Assembly: GCA_050084985.1 (NCBI GenBank)
Contig: JBITNC010000001.1
Coordinates: 152,334,001 to 152,398,000, forward strand
Direction: 5' to 3'
Source: Nageia nagi
Taxonomy: Eukaryota; Plantae; Pinophyta
Length of the DNA stretch: 64,000 bases
The notes below the pieces were generated by a model. That model was not told where the DNA came from and ran no database searches. It saw only the letters and a list, made by a program, of their open reading frames with translations. A program made the position numbers and the translations under genes. Positions 26,467 to 38,840 of this stretch are shown one piece after another. Each line of letters opens with the position of its first letter. Within the stretch, counting starts at the first letter, position 1.

Positions 26467-27660
26467 TGTGATGTCCCCCATTGCAAATTGTAATTAATTA
26501 TGGAATCCCATGGATTGCCCTTTGTAAATATTTAATTGTTTAATTGTGCTTTAGTTGTTAGTACTTGGGATAGAAAATATAGAGGTCCGTTGGACCCCAC
26601 TGTGAGCCCCAAGTGGGACGTCTTCCGCTCAAGCATAGGCTAGTATGATTTAATATCATTTTATATACTTGAAGATCCTGAAAAGTGATTGTGGGAATCC
26701 CAAGGCTTGTTTAGCACTTAGAGGTAACTAGAGCATAGATAAACACCTAGTTTCCCCAAAGGTTGGATTTTGGGAGCACTTGTACACATGTACCAACCTT
26801 GGGGAGACTCCTAGACCCCTACATTGGCCCATGATGACTTCTAGACACCCACACATGCCTTCTAGACACCCACACATGCCCTCTAGACCCATGTTGAGCA
26901 TGAGGACCCACGTTGAGCATGGGAAGGGCCCATATACCCACGTTGGGCTTGGAATGAGCCCTAGGCACCTTCGTTGGGCTTTGTGGGGCTTCTAGGAAGT
27001 CAACGTTGGCACAGGAAGGCTGGGTGATGACTTTGAGGTGAGATCTAGATCCAGTGAGAGCTATATTAAGCCTTGGAGCATCATTGTTGGATATACCTAA
27101 TTATTATTATCTCTCATACTGTCCAGCGGACACAAGTCTTGGCACGGCATCAACCAATCTCCCTAGGTGCAACATCTAGGAGGGGTTAGTAGGTTGAGGG
27201 ATCCTGTTAATCTACGACTAAGTTGTAGCATCTTATTCCATTCAGTGGTATTTTGAGGTCACACTTCTACCTTCAATGGTTTCCAAGCATGGGAGTTTTG
27301 CAGCAGAGCATCCAGGCTTGAGGAGGTGTGTGTTCCATCCATTGTTCCATGGCACCAACATTGATCACATTTGAGTGTGCGTTGTGCCCTAGTTGGTTCC
27401 TTGGAGGCCAAAATTGACCTCTGTGGGCCTGACATTGTATCATTCATGATTCTATATCATTAATACAGCCTTGGGCATTTGGATCTCAATATTGTCGTGT
27501 ATTCTTCAATATTGCAACGTTGAGGTGTGATTGTGCATTTATGCTTGTATGAGCCAAACGTTGGCATTATTGTATTGTTTATGCTTGAATTGGATGCCCT
27601 AGGCCAAATGTGGGTGTATATTTGCTTATTTGCACTTGAGATTGTGTTTGGGATCTTACA
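26467..27660 (+). mobile_element. Solo LTR nested just downstream of the protease
   Basis: TGTGATGTCCC...GGATCTTACA ends. Near-TSD aagaa/aagac. Carries the gtgagccccaagtgggacgtc motif shared with LTRs at 1-310, 7111-8086, 11189-11935 and 61019-62243. Has 21-bp internal repeats at ~26840-26890. Confidence 0.82.
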
Positions 27661-30600
27661 AAGACGTTCTTCCCATCATGTAAAACTGTCCTTCCATCCT
27701 TTGAACCATTATGCTTTCCCCTAGTGAGTACAACCATTGTACTCCAAGTACGACGTGTGGCAATCCTCCTAGGGGGAAAACATAGAAGTCACTAATGACT
27801 GTAGAACTTTCCAAATTAACTTTAAGATTTTCAATTACTTTGTTACATGGGGAAATTTGTCCATTTCTTGTGGCTACATTGAATCCTCCAAATTTTGTAT
27901 CTTTTAAATCCTTCTTTTCTACTAGCTGTTCATCGATAAAGTTGTGAGTTGGTCCCCCATCAATTATTATTACAACTTTATCTTTATCTATTTCTCCCAC
28001 CACTTTTATGGTGAGATGATGTGATGTCCTTTTTAGTTTGGCGATTGTTCCTCCAATTTCTCTTACCTCATGCCATGACTCATCTATTTTGATATCGTCC
28101 ATCTCATCATATGAATCTTCTTCGATAACTTCTTTAGTAATTCATTGCATGTTGCATAGTCCATTCTCTTAGTTGGGGGTGTGGATGCAAGAGTTTTTGA
28201 TGTTTTGATCGTGGCTCCTTCCCCTTGTCCTCTCCATGGTGATGATCCCAATGTGTTAGGTCTAAATGTTTTAGTAGGCGTAGATACTTCTAATGAGAGT
28301 GCTCTTCTAGTCGCCACTTGGAGTGATGGTGGCTCAAAAGGTTTCACAAATCCTCTTATTGGGTCAAGCAAGCCTTCTATGAAGATAAACACTAACTACT
28401 TTTGTTGAATGTGGGGAACCATGATTGCAATTTTCTGAAATTCTTCAATGTGGGGAACCATGTTTACTTTATGGTAGCTAATTCCCTAAAGTACTCTTCT
28501 TCATCTTTTTGCTCAAAACGATCAAGAACTCTTATGCTATACTCATCGAATTTGTGAATCTCACCGTGACCTTGAGTATTTATGCCGTGATGCCACCAAT
28601 CATATGCGGATCCTTCCAAACAAAGAGATGCAAATTGGATTGGTTTATCTTCATCCATGGGGTTGAGTGAAAGATATGTTTGAAGTTTTTGCAACCACGC
28701 TCTTTCTTAGATCATTTCTCCTTCGTTAAAAATAGGCAGTTGCATTTTCTGTTGTAACTCATCGTTTGGCCTTGATGTATGATTTTTTCTCTTACCAATC
28801 TCTACAAATGTCTGAAAATTGACCATTCCTTTGAATTCCTTATCTTTTGCTAAATATTGCTGGAATAATCCATTGATGTCTATTGTATCCAAAGCTTCCT
28901 TTTGAGTGAACATGGGCCTAGATGGTCAGGGTAATGGCACATGGGAGTATTGGATTGATCTTTCATTGTCGGTAGTAGGATCTATTCTTGGCAAACTTTC
29001 ATCAGGCTTCCCCAACAAATGTTCCATCATTTCTAATAAAGTGTCCAACTTTTGTTCTCCTCTATTTGCCCTATTCCTTCATTGGTATACCTCCTGAAAG
29101 TAGTGGTTCATAAAATCAAGTTTCTAGGTAGAAATCTTCATCCAGGTGTTGCGTTAGGCTCCTTAATTGCCCAATGTTGTAGTTAGGGTGTGCAATCCAC
29201 TCAAACTCGAATGCACAATGTTCCTAGTTGATACTAATGTAACCGAAGGTCAATTATCACTGCAATTCTTGTTTTCAAGATACCATTGAATCTTCAAAAT
29301 GGGTCTTCTAAAATTAGGCGACCAATCTTCCACTATCTGGATGTTGAGGTTGAGGCAGAAAAATGATAAAATTTTGGAGAACTTGCCTTATGACTCCCAA
29401 CTTGAAATAATTGCCAAAAATTTAGAAATATGCAAAAAATATTACCTCAAAAATTCCAACAACTTCCTCAGGGTGTTTTTGATTGGTTCCTGTTGGTATG
29501 TTTTTCTTTCCAAGTCCAAAACATGCACAAGACTTCAAGGAAACAATGTTACTTGTTTCTGCTTGAAAGGACTGGTTACCCTAAGCACTCACATGGAATA
29601 TGGTCTTTAAGGCTCAGTAGTCAAAGATGCATGTTGTTAACCATATACAAAGGAAATACAACGCTGAAGTTCCTTTCCTCAATAAGGAAAGACTATAGAT
29701 GTGAACGAAAGTGAAGAAAGATCACAAATGTAGGGACAAACACAGGGATAAGTGCAAAGGAATACAAGGAAAAGAAATGACTTATGAAGGTATCACCAAC
29801 GATGCAATGTCTTGGTAGGTCATCTTTAGATTCATTAGGGTCGATGCACTCACTATCAAGCCGGGCAGCAAATAGCAAATATGCTTAAATCACTATCAGA
29901 TGAGAGTAGGAAGCTATTGGGTCTTGGTGGAAGACTCGGTGGAAAGGGTATAAGTGAGGTGAGGGCATGACTGCAAGAACCTAACCGAATGATATAAAGA
30001 GAAGCTATAGGCCTCAGAATACATTCACTTGCGTGCAAATCATGCATATAATTAACTCAAACCATCCAAATGAATGTTCAATATGCAACTCAAGGAAAGA
30101 GAATCATTTAGATATGCATAATCCCACAAATGATATCCTTCACAATATAAACTTTATAATCTCATTCCTCAAAAGAAATACATTCATGATGATATTCAAT
30201 AACGAACATGCATAGAACCCCTTGTGCAACAAACCTCTATACAATGGAATGCAAATACTAAAGGATGCAACGGCTCAAAATTATTACATACATAAAAACT
30301 TATAGCTAGAATCTCAAAGGTATAAGAGCCTCAATATGCAATATTTCCACTAAGTGCAGACTCTCACATATGCAACAATGCGTAAAAATCATGCAATAGT
30401 CCAAGTGCAAAATTGCATATATCCTCCAATGTTAATATCCTATATGCAAAGATCCAATGCAAGAATCCCTAGTGTCAAAAATCCCCTTGTAAATGGCCCG
30501 AATGGAGTATAAATAGGCCACTAGAAGTGTTTCCCTAAAGGCATAAAATCTGATATGGTGTGCACACACGCAACACTCACACCAATACAAAATCAGATTG

Positions 30601-30899
30601 TTCACACAAAACTATGCAAGTGGCATCTAAAGGCTAACAAAATATAAATGCCACTATCAAAATACATCTAATATACTCCTAATCTATGCAAAAGTAAATC
30701 GGATATGCAATAAAAGTCTGACGTGTTTGACATCTAAACCGGTGGGAGCAAAACCTCATCCCTGCACTGGTCAGAGCCATGAATGAGTTTGATAGATCTG
30801 ATCTGGCAGGAGCAAAACCTCATCCCTACACCAGTCAAATCAAATGAAATAAAGTCTAACATAACAACGATCATCAAGTATGCATTAAACAAATGAAAA

Positions 30900-33800
30900 G
30901 ATACTGTAGGCAGGACCTACTGGTAAATCAAACCTAGGTCAGATATGATCCGATACTGGCAAAATTCCACTCCTCGCTGGTGAGACCGTACGACTCAATG
31001 GTCTCCTCTAAGAACGCCATAGTCTTCCGCATGCCCTTGGAAATCATGCCTACGGTGCTACCATCCTACCAAAAATAATCATCTATCTTCTTGGACGTAG
31101 CTTGCATCTGGTGCCTCCAGATGACCATCCGCTTCTCATGGATGATGGGATGCCCTGCTCTCAACAAGCTGAGATCATCGACATCAAGATGTTCCTGCAA
31201 AAGATTCTGAGCTTCTGCCAATATTGCCTCCTTTTCACATTGTTGTCCTCCCCTTGGAACTTGAGTTGATAGACATATTCACTCATCTGTACCTCGACCT
31301 CTTTTCTCAAGGGGATTATAATTTTCAAGGCCGTATTGCACCTTTCAAGTGCATGGTTCAACCAATCATGATGATAGGTCAACTCGTGGCAGTAGACTAG
31401 CTTTTCGAGATTGTCAGCGTAAATATGTTGCAAATGGGAGACGTTGGAAAGATGACCATTCATGTTGCAAGGTGTGCTTAAATTTGTGCTTTGAGATCCT
31501 TGATTTCTACGCCTTTAGCAAGGAGCCTGCAAATTCGAGAAGACAATCTACTCGATGGCCTCCATCACTTCCTTCTTCAACTGCTCTTTCATCACTTCCC
31601 ATCCCTCATGGAAGGAGGTCTGCTTCTGCAGATCTACGGGGGTGGTGCTGACCTTTTGTAACTCCTTATTGATTTTCCTGCTAGCTGTGAGTTCCCTTTT
31701 TAATCTTTTCACCTCCTTTTTGGCTTTGTAGCCTTCCTGCTCCATGATTGCAACATTCTGCGTGACTATGTGTTTTTGGGCTGTCAATCTTAGCTTCACG
31801 ACCATCTTCAATGTCTCAATGATGCAGTCTTTGAGGGTGTTTCTCCTTCGAATAACAATGGTTGATGGAGATTTCTTTTCTAGAAATGGAGACAAAAGTG
31901 TCAACCCTTCGAATCTTCTCACTGTTTGAGAGTTCTTCTTCCTCATCCTCCGAGTGCAGGTCCTCATCTATACCTTCATCATGAGCCGTGCTCATGCTAA
32001 GGCCTCTAAGGCAGGCATCTAGGTGAAGATTTGGATGCTTGGTTGCTGGCTGAGGAGGAAATCTCTGAATCAACAACCGTCCTTTGTCAATCTTCTTGAC
32101 CTCTTTCGCTGGAGTGGTCTGAACGATGGTGATCTCTTTACCTTGTTGCTCTTCCTGCCTTCTTTTGTCCTTTTGCTGCTCAGTCTCTCCTCCATCTTCT
32201 TCATCTCCTCCATTACTGCCTATAGATATACCCTTGTTCCGCGGTTGGGGAGATCTCTCATGGCTCGTCCTCTTTGTGGAGGACTTGTGTGACGTGGAAG
32301 GGGACTTCTTACAATGCTCGATAGGAGAGGGTTTGGAGGCACCTACTTCTTTGGCACATTTTTCTCCAACGATCTGGAAGTCATCATCATATTTTCCAAC
32401 ATCCACTATCTCATTATCATCAGAGAGAGTTTCAATCTCCATCTCATCGAGTGCAGAGGCACCTACAACTACATCCTCTTGCTTAGGAACATCGATAGCA
32501 CCACCACCATCATCATCTTCTTCTTCTCTTCCACACAAGCCTCACCCACTACATCATCTAGCACATCCGAGGGGAGGGCGTGATAGCCAGTGTCCTTAAG
32601 ATCATCTATGACTACGTTGCGCTTGCTAGGGCTCGGAACATGTTTCCGTGGAGTCTCTTGCCTCTTTCCAAGAGGAAGTAAGGACGTCTTGCCTGGTGTA
32701 GATGTAGTGTGAGTAGGGGAAGGAGACGACTTGATCCTGAGAAAGACCTCCTTCTATTTGGGCTTTGTAGTTTGGGGTCTTTGAGGTGGCTTTTCTAGTT
32801 GGAGGGGAGCCTTTTTCTTGCTCAAAAGAGCATCTATTCGTGTAATCTCCTCCTCATCCTGCATGTTCCTATACCTCTCCTCATTTCCCAAAGACTCATG
32901 CGGAAATGCGATAGGCTTGTGGAATGAAATGTCATAGAAACGAGCAATTACAACCTTAGGATCATAGTTTCTTGCAACTGCATCCTTCGAAAAGGCATAC
33001 TGCTACTACTCCTTCTTCATGCTGGTTGCCTTCACCCACGTTTGACACACATAGTTTGCAATAGAGATTCGCAAATTGAATGTTGCATTCTTCTTTTTCC
33101 AGACTTTCTCCTCCTTCAAGAACAAAAGTTGCTTGACAAACTCCATGAGGATCAGCTTGTCATTGGCGTATCTTGGCAGGAGCAAGGGTCGTTCCTTTGA
33201 GCCATAGACTTTGATGTATGTATGGTTAGCATCTTGCAGAAAAAAAATTGCATATATGCTGATAGCTTGGATAGCTGCATCAGAAATTCTTTTCACCATG
33301 GACTCCCCTTTGATATGTTTGTAGATATCATAGTCCCAATGATCATTCCTCTCATAGAAATGTTGGAACTTGTTCTGATACCACCACTTTGGATAGGCTC
33401 GCTACACGGGGTTGTTCTTTTTTGTCCCAAATGTCTCTCGTCAGCCAATTCCCTCGATCTAACCTTGCTATGCAATAACAACTACACAATATAAGAGTTC
33501 ATATAGAATCTCTTTGAGGAACCAAAATATGCTAACTGATGGCGTAGGGCATCATTGATTACCCCAACCCATTGGATAGTTCTCCCCGAGTTGATAACTG
33601 CAATGAAGCTTGTGAACTTCCTTCGGTACTTAATGTCATTCTCCTAACCAGTGACCCTTGACAAGAGGGTGATTAGCTTAGGCACAACAGGCAGGAACTC
33701 CTCTTTGTGCACGCTAACCAACCTTTGGCCTTGAAGATTCTGGTAATCTTCTAGCAACTAGGGCCGAATGTAGTCCCCGAGCAAGCTGTCGAATCGTGGA

Positions 33801-34150
33801 ATTCCTCAGAGTATGCCAATGTTAATTGTCCCCGTATCTTCTCCAGCCAAAGGCTACTTCAATTCTTGCAAGGGAGAAATCCATGATCACATTTCCCTCC
33901 GTGTCTCGTAGGACTCTCTTGTCATATTCACACTTCCTGGATACTTCGTAGCACAAGTTAGGAAAAGGTATTGCAAAGGGCATCATAGTGGCGTTGAACA
34001 AGCCACGTGTGGATGAGCTCTTTTGATAAGTCCTCCTTGTTGATGGAGGTTATGGAGTCTAACGTCTAGATAGGGTCTAAGTTTCCGCAGTTTGTATCAC
34101 CGACAAAGATATATCTCCTCTTGAACTTGGCTTTAGAGAGCTCTGGTCTC
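30900..34150 (-). pseudogene. Degenerate retrotransposon accessory ORF (globular N-terminus, acidic low-complexity linker, coiled-coil C-terminus); approximate ends
   Basis: Collinear broken ORFs 33006-33299, 31816-32538, 31548-31967 and 31161-31463. N-terminal part PFAIPFPNLCYEVS..RVLRDTEGNVIMDFS..FYMNSY is homologous to 55640-56574. Confidence 0.7.
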
Positions 34151-34529
34151 TCTTTCACCTAAAACTCAATTAGGCTTTCTTTTGAAAGTCGGGTTATCTG
34201 GCTCTTGGTCACATGTCTTTCAAAGAGCTGGCCTTGAATCTTTTTGGCCCTTGATGGAGGTGGTATGATATTGGAAGCCATGCAAGATGTCTGAATACCC
34301 CAGGAAAACCCTAGAGACAAATCTGAACGTTGTGAAAGATGCAACAAGGCAGAGTCAGACGTGCAAATTTAGGCTATAGGACGTCCAACACCCCTAATGA
34401 TAGTTGCTTCCCCATTTATATGATATGCATGGAGGATAAATGCATGGCAAGGCACATGCTTGCTTCTTGCCTTCTTCTCCTCTCAACTCCTGGCATCTCA
34501 CATTTGACCAGTTTCACCTTGTGATCATG

Positions 34530-36030
34530 GACGCATAGTTTTGGATGAATGCTTGAGCATAGCTTGAAAAGCATGCCACTGGGCCTAGGGTCACTTAGTC
34601 AAATTTTGGAACATAATTCTTCACCTCAATTCTAGGCGCATGGATCTGGATGAGTGCTTGAGCACAACTTAAAAACCATGCGACTAGATTTAGGGACTAT
34701 ACTAAAATGCCTTAGCTGAAAAAAAGCCTAACTGGATGCACAACGTCCCATAAAACACCCTATCTCTCCTTGGCACACTGTTTGAGATGAGTGCAAAAGC
34801 ATGCATTAGGAATGGTGCGATTGGGGAAAGGGTGACAAACTTGAAATGAAGTGATTAAAATGACTAAGGGTGAGGTGATATTTATAATTTTCTGGATTGC
34901 CATGTGTCACCTCCGGTTCGGTCAATCTAGGGGTCAAATGATGGAGTAAAAATAAGGGCGCATGGTTTTAAAGGAGTGCAAAAGCATGTGATGAAAAGCA
35001 TGTGACTAGCTTTAGGTACTTAGCCAATTTTCCAAGTTGACACTGAATTCCAATTCTTTGTCACACCATTATGAGAGGGTGGTAAACCATGCATCTTAAT
35101 CCTTGCACCTGGGGGTCTAGCATGCTTCCCAAGATCAGAAATTCAAAAATATCTCGAAAAATGCAATTTTGATGTAGGTTGCATGTTTTAGAGAGGGTGC
35201 TTTTCTCCCTTAGTCCCATGCTTTGCTCTAGACAAATTTGCAAATTGAAATATTGAGGCTGACTTCCTTTTTATAGCCCTTCGGGTAGGATAGGTGTCGC
35301 CATATGTTAGGTGCGGGAGAAGGTCCAATGCATGAATTTCCACTTGTCAACAAACTAGACCTAACACTTAACCAATTTTCCCTTCATGAATCTGGTCGCA
35401 TGGTTTTAGTAGGGTGCAAAAACATTCACTAAAAAGCATGCGACTAGCCTTGGTTGCCCAAAAAAAGCTAAGTCCTTCTTGGTCGCATGGATTGAGTAGA
35501 GTGCAAAACGACTCGTCTGAAAACATGCGACAGCTTTGTGATCTCAAAAAATGACTAAGTATGAGAAACTTCTCCTTGGTTGCATTGTTTTAGATGGGTG
35601 CAAAAAGGACTTACTCAAAAACCTATGACAACTTTTCATGGCCCCAAAATGACTAAGTATGAAATTTCCATCTTGGTCGCACCATTTTGGGTGAGTGCAA
35701 AAGGACTCACTCAAAAAGATGTGACAACTTTTTCATACAACGAAAATGCTAAGTATAGGGGGTTTTTACCTTGGTCGCACCATTTTGGGTGAGTGCAAAA
35801 GGACTCACCTAAAAACATGCGACAAGCTGAAAAAACATGATTTTCCTTGCATTTTGACCAAAACGACACATATGAAATATAATGAGGGAGACAAATTTTT
35901 GCAATATGTAGGACCTTCAAAAATGCAATGCTAAAACATGAAAATGCAAGGAATGAGGATGGAAAATGCAGCAAGGGCTGGTCGCACCATTTGAGTTGGG
36001 TGCACAAGGACTCACTCCAAAACATGCGAC
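34530..36030. repeat. Array of ~10 imperfect ~50-bp palindromes (GTCGCA-N-TTTTGGGTGAGT-GCAAAAGG-ACTCACCTAAAA-N-TGCGAC)
   Basis: Copies near 34530, 34635, 34771, 34957, 35394, 35481, 35578, 35675, 35773 and 35980. Period ~97 bp in the regular part. Confidence 0.85.
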
Positions 36031-36813
36031 AAGCTGAAAAATGCACAATTCTTACCTGACTTGACCACAAAAGAGCAGTTTAAACATGTTTCCCTAAGTT
36101 AGACCAAAACATATGCATTTCCTTTTGACACATTACTTCCATGCATTTCCTAATTTTAATTTCAAGGGTCCTCAAAATGCAAAAATTTTGGGGGGTGTTG
36201 TGCAGGCACAACAGTTCCAAGGCCTTCAATTGGTCTTCAAGGCTCCAACAAATTTTCCCAATTTTTTTCCAGGTGTGAAGTTGCTAGACGTTGCACTCCA
36301 AAATTTTTCCAAGGGATCAAAGGCACAAATTTGTTCTTGGACCTCTTAATGGCACTTCTATAATTGACATCACCTTCTGGACTGCAGGACCAACCTTCTA
36401 GGGTACAAAATTTTTCACAAATTTGTTTAGGGTCACTTCAATGGCTGACATCACCTTGTCTAGTCCTTTCTGGCTGGATCTAGGGCACATAGGACGACCC
36501 TAAGCTTGGGCGAACTCCTCCCAATCTCCTACAAATTTGTTCTTATTGCAAAATACCATTGTGACTATGTAGGTCAACCCTTAGGGTTGGACGAACTTCC
36601 TGGGGTGCTAATCAAGCAAGTTTAAATCTTGGATTCCCTTGTAGTCTTCTTCAACAAACTGAATACCGCTGTAACAAACTAATATCACTGTAATATCATG
36701 GTAATTGCAAATCTCCAATGGATCTTCTTAGGCTGGCAAGATCCAAATCTCTGATACCTTTGTAATCTCTAATAGATCTTCAATCAACTCTCCAACAGGC
36801 TGGCAAGATCAAA

Positions 36814-36825
36814 GCTCTGATACCA
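36814..36825 (-). promoter_or_regulatory. Primer binding site, tRNA-iMet type (TGGTATCAGAGC)
   Basis: Canonical sequence 1 nt from the LTR terminus at 36827. Confidence 0.92.
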
Positions 36826-38651
36826 TTGTAATATTCCAAACTAGGGCAAGCATAATTTATAATAAAATATGCAAATCCAATTCAAGCCTTATTACTTCAA
36901 CTTAGATAGATTACCAAATGATGCCCAAACTTAACTCAAAATGTTAAATAACTCAAATAAATGCCAAAATGCTCATAAAAATAGGACAAATTATGCAAGT
37001 GCTCAAAATTAGGAAATTAGGGAAAAATAACTCAAGCGACCAATATTTCAAAATTGAGGCATAATTGTGAGACACAAGAATATTCAATAAGTACCAATAA
37101 TATAATAAATGTCCAATGAACCAATAATGATGACTCAAGGAGCTCAAAATGGACTCCAGATGGTGACATCTCACCAGGGAGGTATCTACATCATGATGAA
37201 TATCTTGAAAATGACCAAACTTTCTCCTCAAGCTTGATGTCTCATTCTTAGGGATTGGATATGTTTCTACACTTGACCTTCAAAGCTCCACGACGAGGGT
37301 AGATCTTCACTAGAACTGTTCCAGGGCTATTCGAGGCTAATTTTTTGAATATATGAGGCATCAGGGACTAAGTGCCAACTTGAGGGTTTTCGTCCACATG
37401 ATGGGGTTTCTGTTAAGGGGGTTTAAAGATATCAAGACATGTCTTCAAGTCATGCACTCATCTCCCTTATATAGTGCTCTTGTGGAGAAGCCTTTTCTAT
37501 TTTGTGGTTGGCGGACCAACCTAATCATTAAATCACTTCTAATTGACAATTAGACCTTCCTACATTGGGCGTCCACCTTTGAGGAGTAAACAAGGTCCTC
37601 AAATTACAAATATGGCCCACAATTACTAATAAAATAATAAAGACACCTTAATTACTTAAAATGACCCTTAGCACACCTAGAGGTGTGACGTCTACCCTTG
37701 AAGTGTTCAATTTCTAGTTTTTGCACCCAAGAATGAGGCGTCCAACATCATAGGGTGGAAATATGATTTTTATGTGTCCCTTCAACACCAGATTTTGACA
37801 AAAATAATAAATTATTCCTAATTGCTAAAAAATTACAATGAAGATGAGCGTCCTACTTAATTTGGTACATAGAAATGGAATGCCTTAATTTTAGAATATT
37901 AAAATATGCAACATAATATGTTATCTCTCTGCCACTTGTCAACTTTGTAAAGTTGTTAAACAATGATAACCATGAGTCTTTGATGATAAGACAACAGGCA
38001 TATATCAACATTTGCTTTAATTTTGTGAAACGGTTGAAGGTGAAGCAGTTCTTTTACGTCCTGACCTAGTAGGCATTCTCTTAACGGTCTATAGTCAATC
38101 CTTTTTACAAGGGCATATTTTCAATTTATATATGCATTCTTTTTGTAACTGTGCAGTTTTCAACATTGTGTTTAAGTTCATGACCAAACACATCCTTGTA
38201 AGTCCACCTGGATGTATGCTACTTAGACATTTGTCTATACTTTTAATATAACTTAACAAATTTACTGATTAAACTTATAATTGCAATGTCTATATTTTGT
38301 GCAACATAATATGCAATAAGTGATGAGGACACCTAGAGTAAAGCCCAATATGTATGGTCATTGTGTTTTGTAGTCTTTGCACATATGTGCAAGAGGTATG
38401 GAGGTAGATCATAAGACCTCTGCTTCATAGTAGCATTCGATCAATGGGAAACAGTAATCTAATTACATGTTATTAGTGTCATGTGGTTTCATAATTTTTT
38501 ATTCTTTCTAATTGTGTCACAAATTTGATTTTTAGCAGTTGTCTTCTGTGTCAGACATGTTTATTTCATTTTCCGTTTCATTAGCGATGTGTGTGGGTCT
38601 TCATTCATAAATTTGTCATTGACTCACTTCAAATGTTTTTATCTTTTACAG

Positions 38652-38840
38652 GAAGACCTTTACTATCCTCATCCTTTATTGCAAGATATTTTATGGGCAT
38701 CTCTTCATAAAGTAGTCGAGCCCTTACTTATGCATTGGCCAGGCTCTAAGCTGCGAGAGAGGGCTCTCACGACAGTCATGGAGCATGTGCATTATGAGGA
38801 TGAGAACACACGTTACATTTGCATTGGTCCTGTTAACAAG
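38652..38840 (+). CDS. CAS1: CAS1 exon (189 nt; [15 protein letters not shown]...[17 protein letters not shown])
   Basis: ttttacAG acceptor and AAG|GTATG donor. In frame with the previous exon (CAK|EDLYYPHP). Confidence 0.96.

Larger units (their letters stand above)
29491..36213 (-). mobile_element. 6.7 kb solo-LTR-like unit of the terminal-palindrome family, containing a degenerate accessory ORF
   Basis: TGTTG...CAACA ends. Perfect TSD GTTCC (29486-29490 / 36214-36218). Both ends match the short copy at 45759-47272. No PBS, gag or pol seen inside. Confidence 0.85.
24859..37903 (-). mobile_element. Complete TSD-bounded gypsy-type non-autonomous LTR element (gag-protease only) with two nested insertions
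   Basis: LTRs 24859-26010 and 36827-37903. TSD ATATG (24854-24858 / 37904-37908). PBS TGGTATCAGAGC at 36814-36825, PPT at 26011-26024. gag at 28084-29100 (FASLCLEGSAYDWW) and protease at 27700-28100 (IIDGGPTHNFI, VLGVQWL). Confidence 0.92.

Noticed and set aside
32023-32599. + strand Ser/Leu-rich ORFs
   Set aside because: Antisense shadows of the acidic minus-strand ORF 31816-32538.
35394-35823. Possible CRISPR array (palindromic repeats with spacers)
   Set aside because: Eukaryotic intron, no cas genes, repeats are degenerate and spacers are partly related to each other. It lies inside an LTR-like unit.
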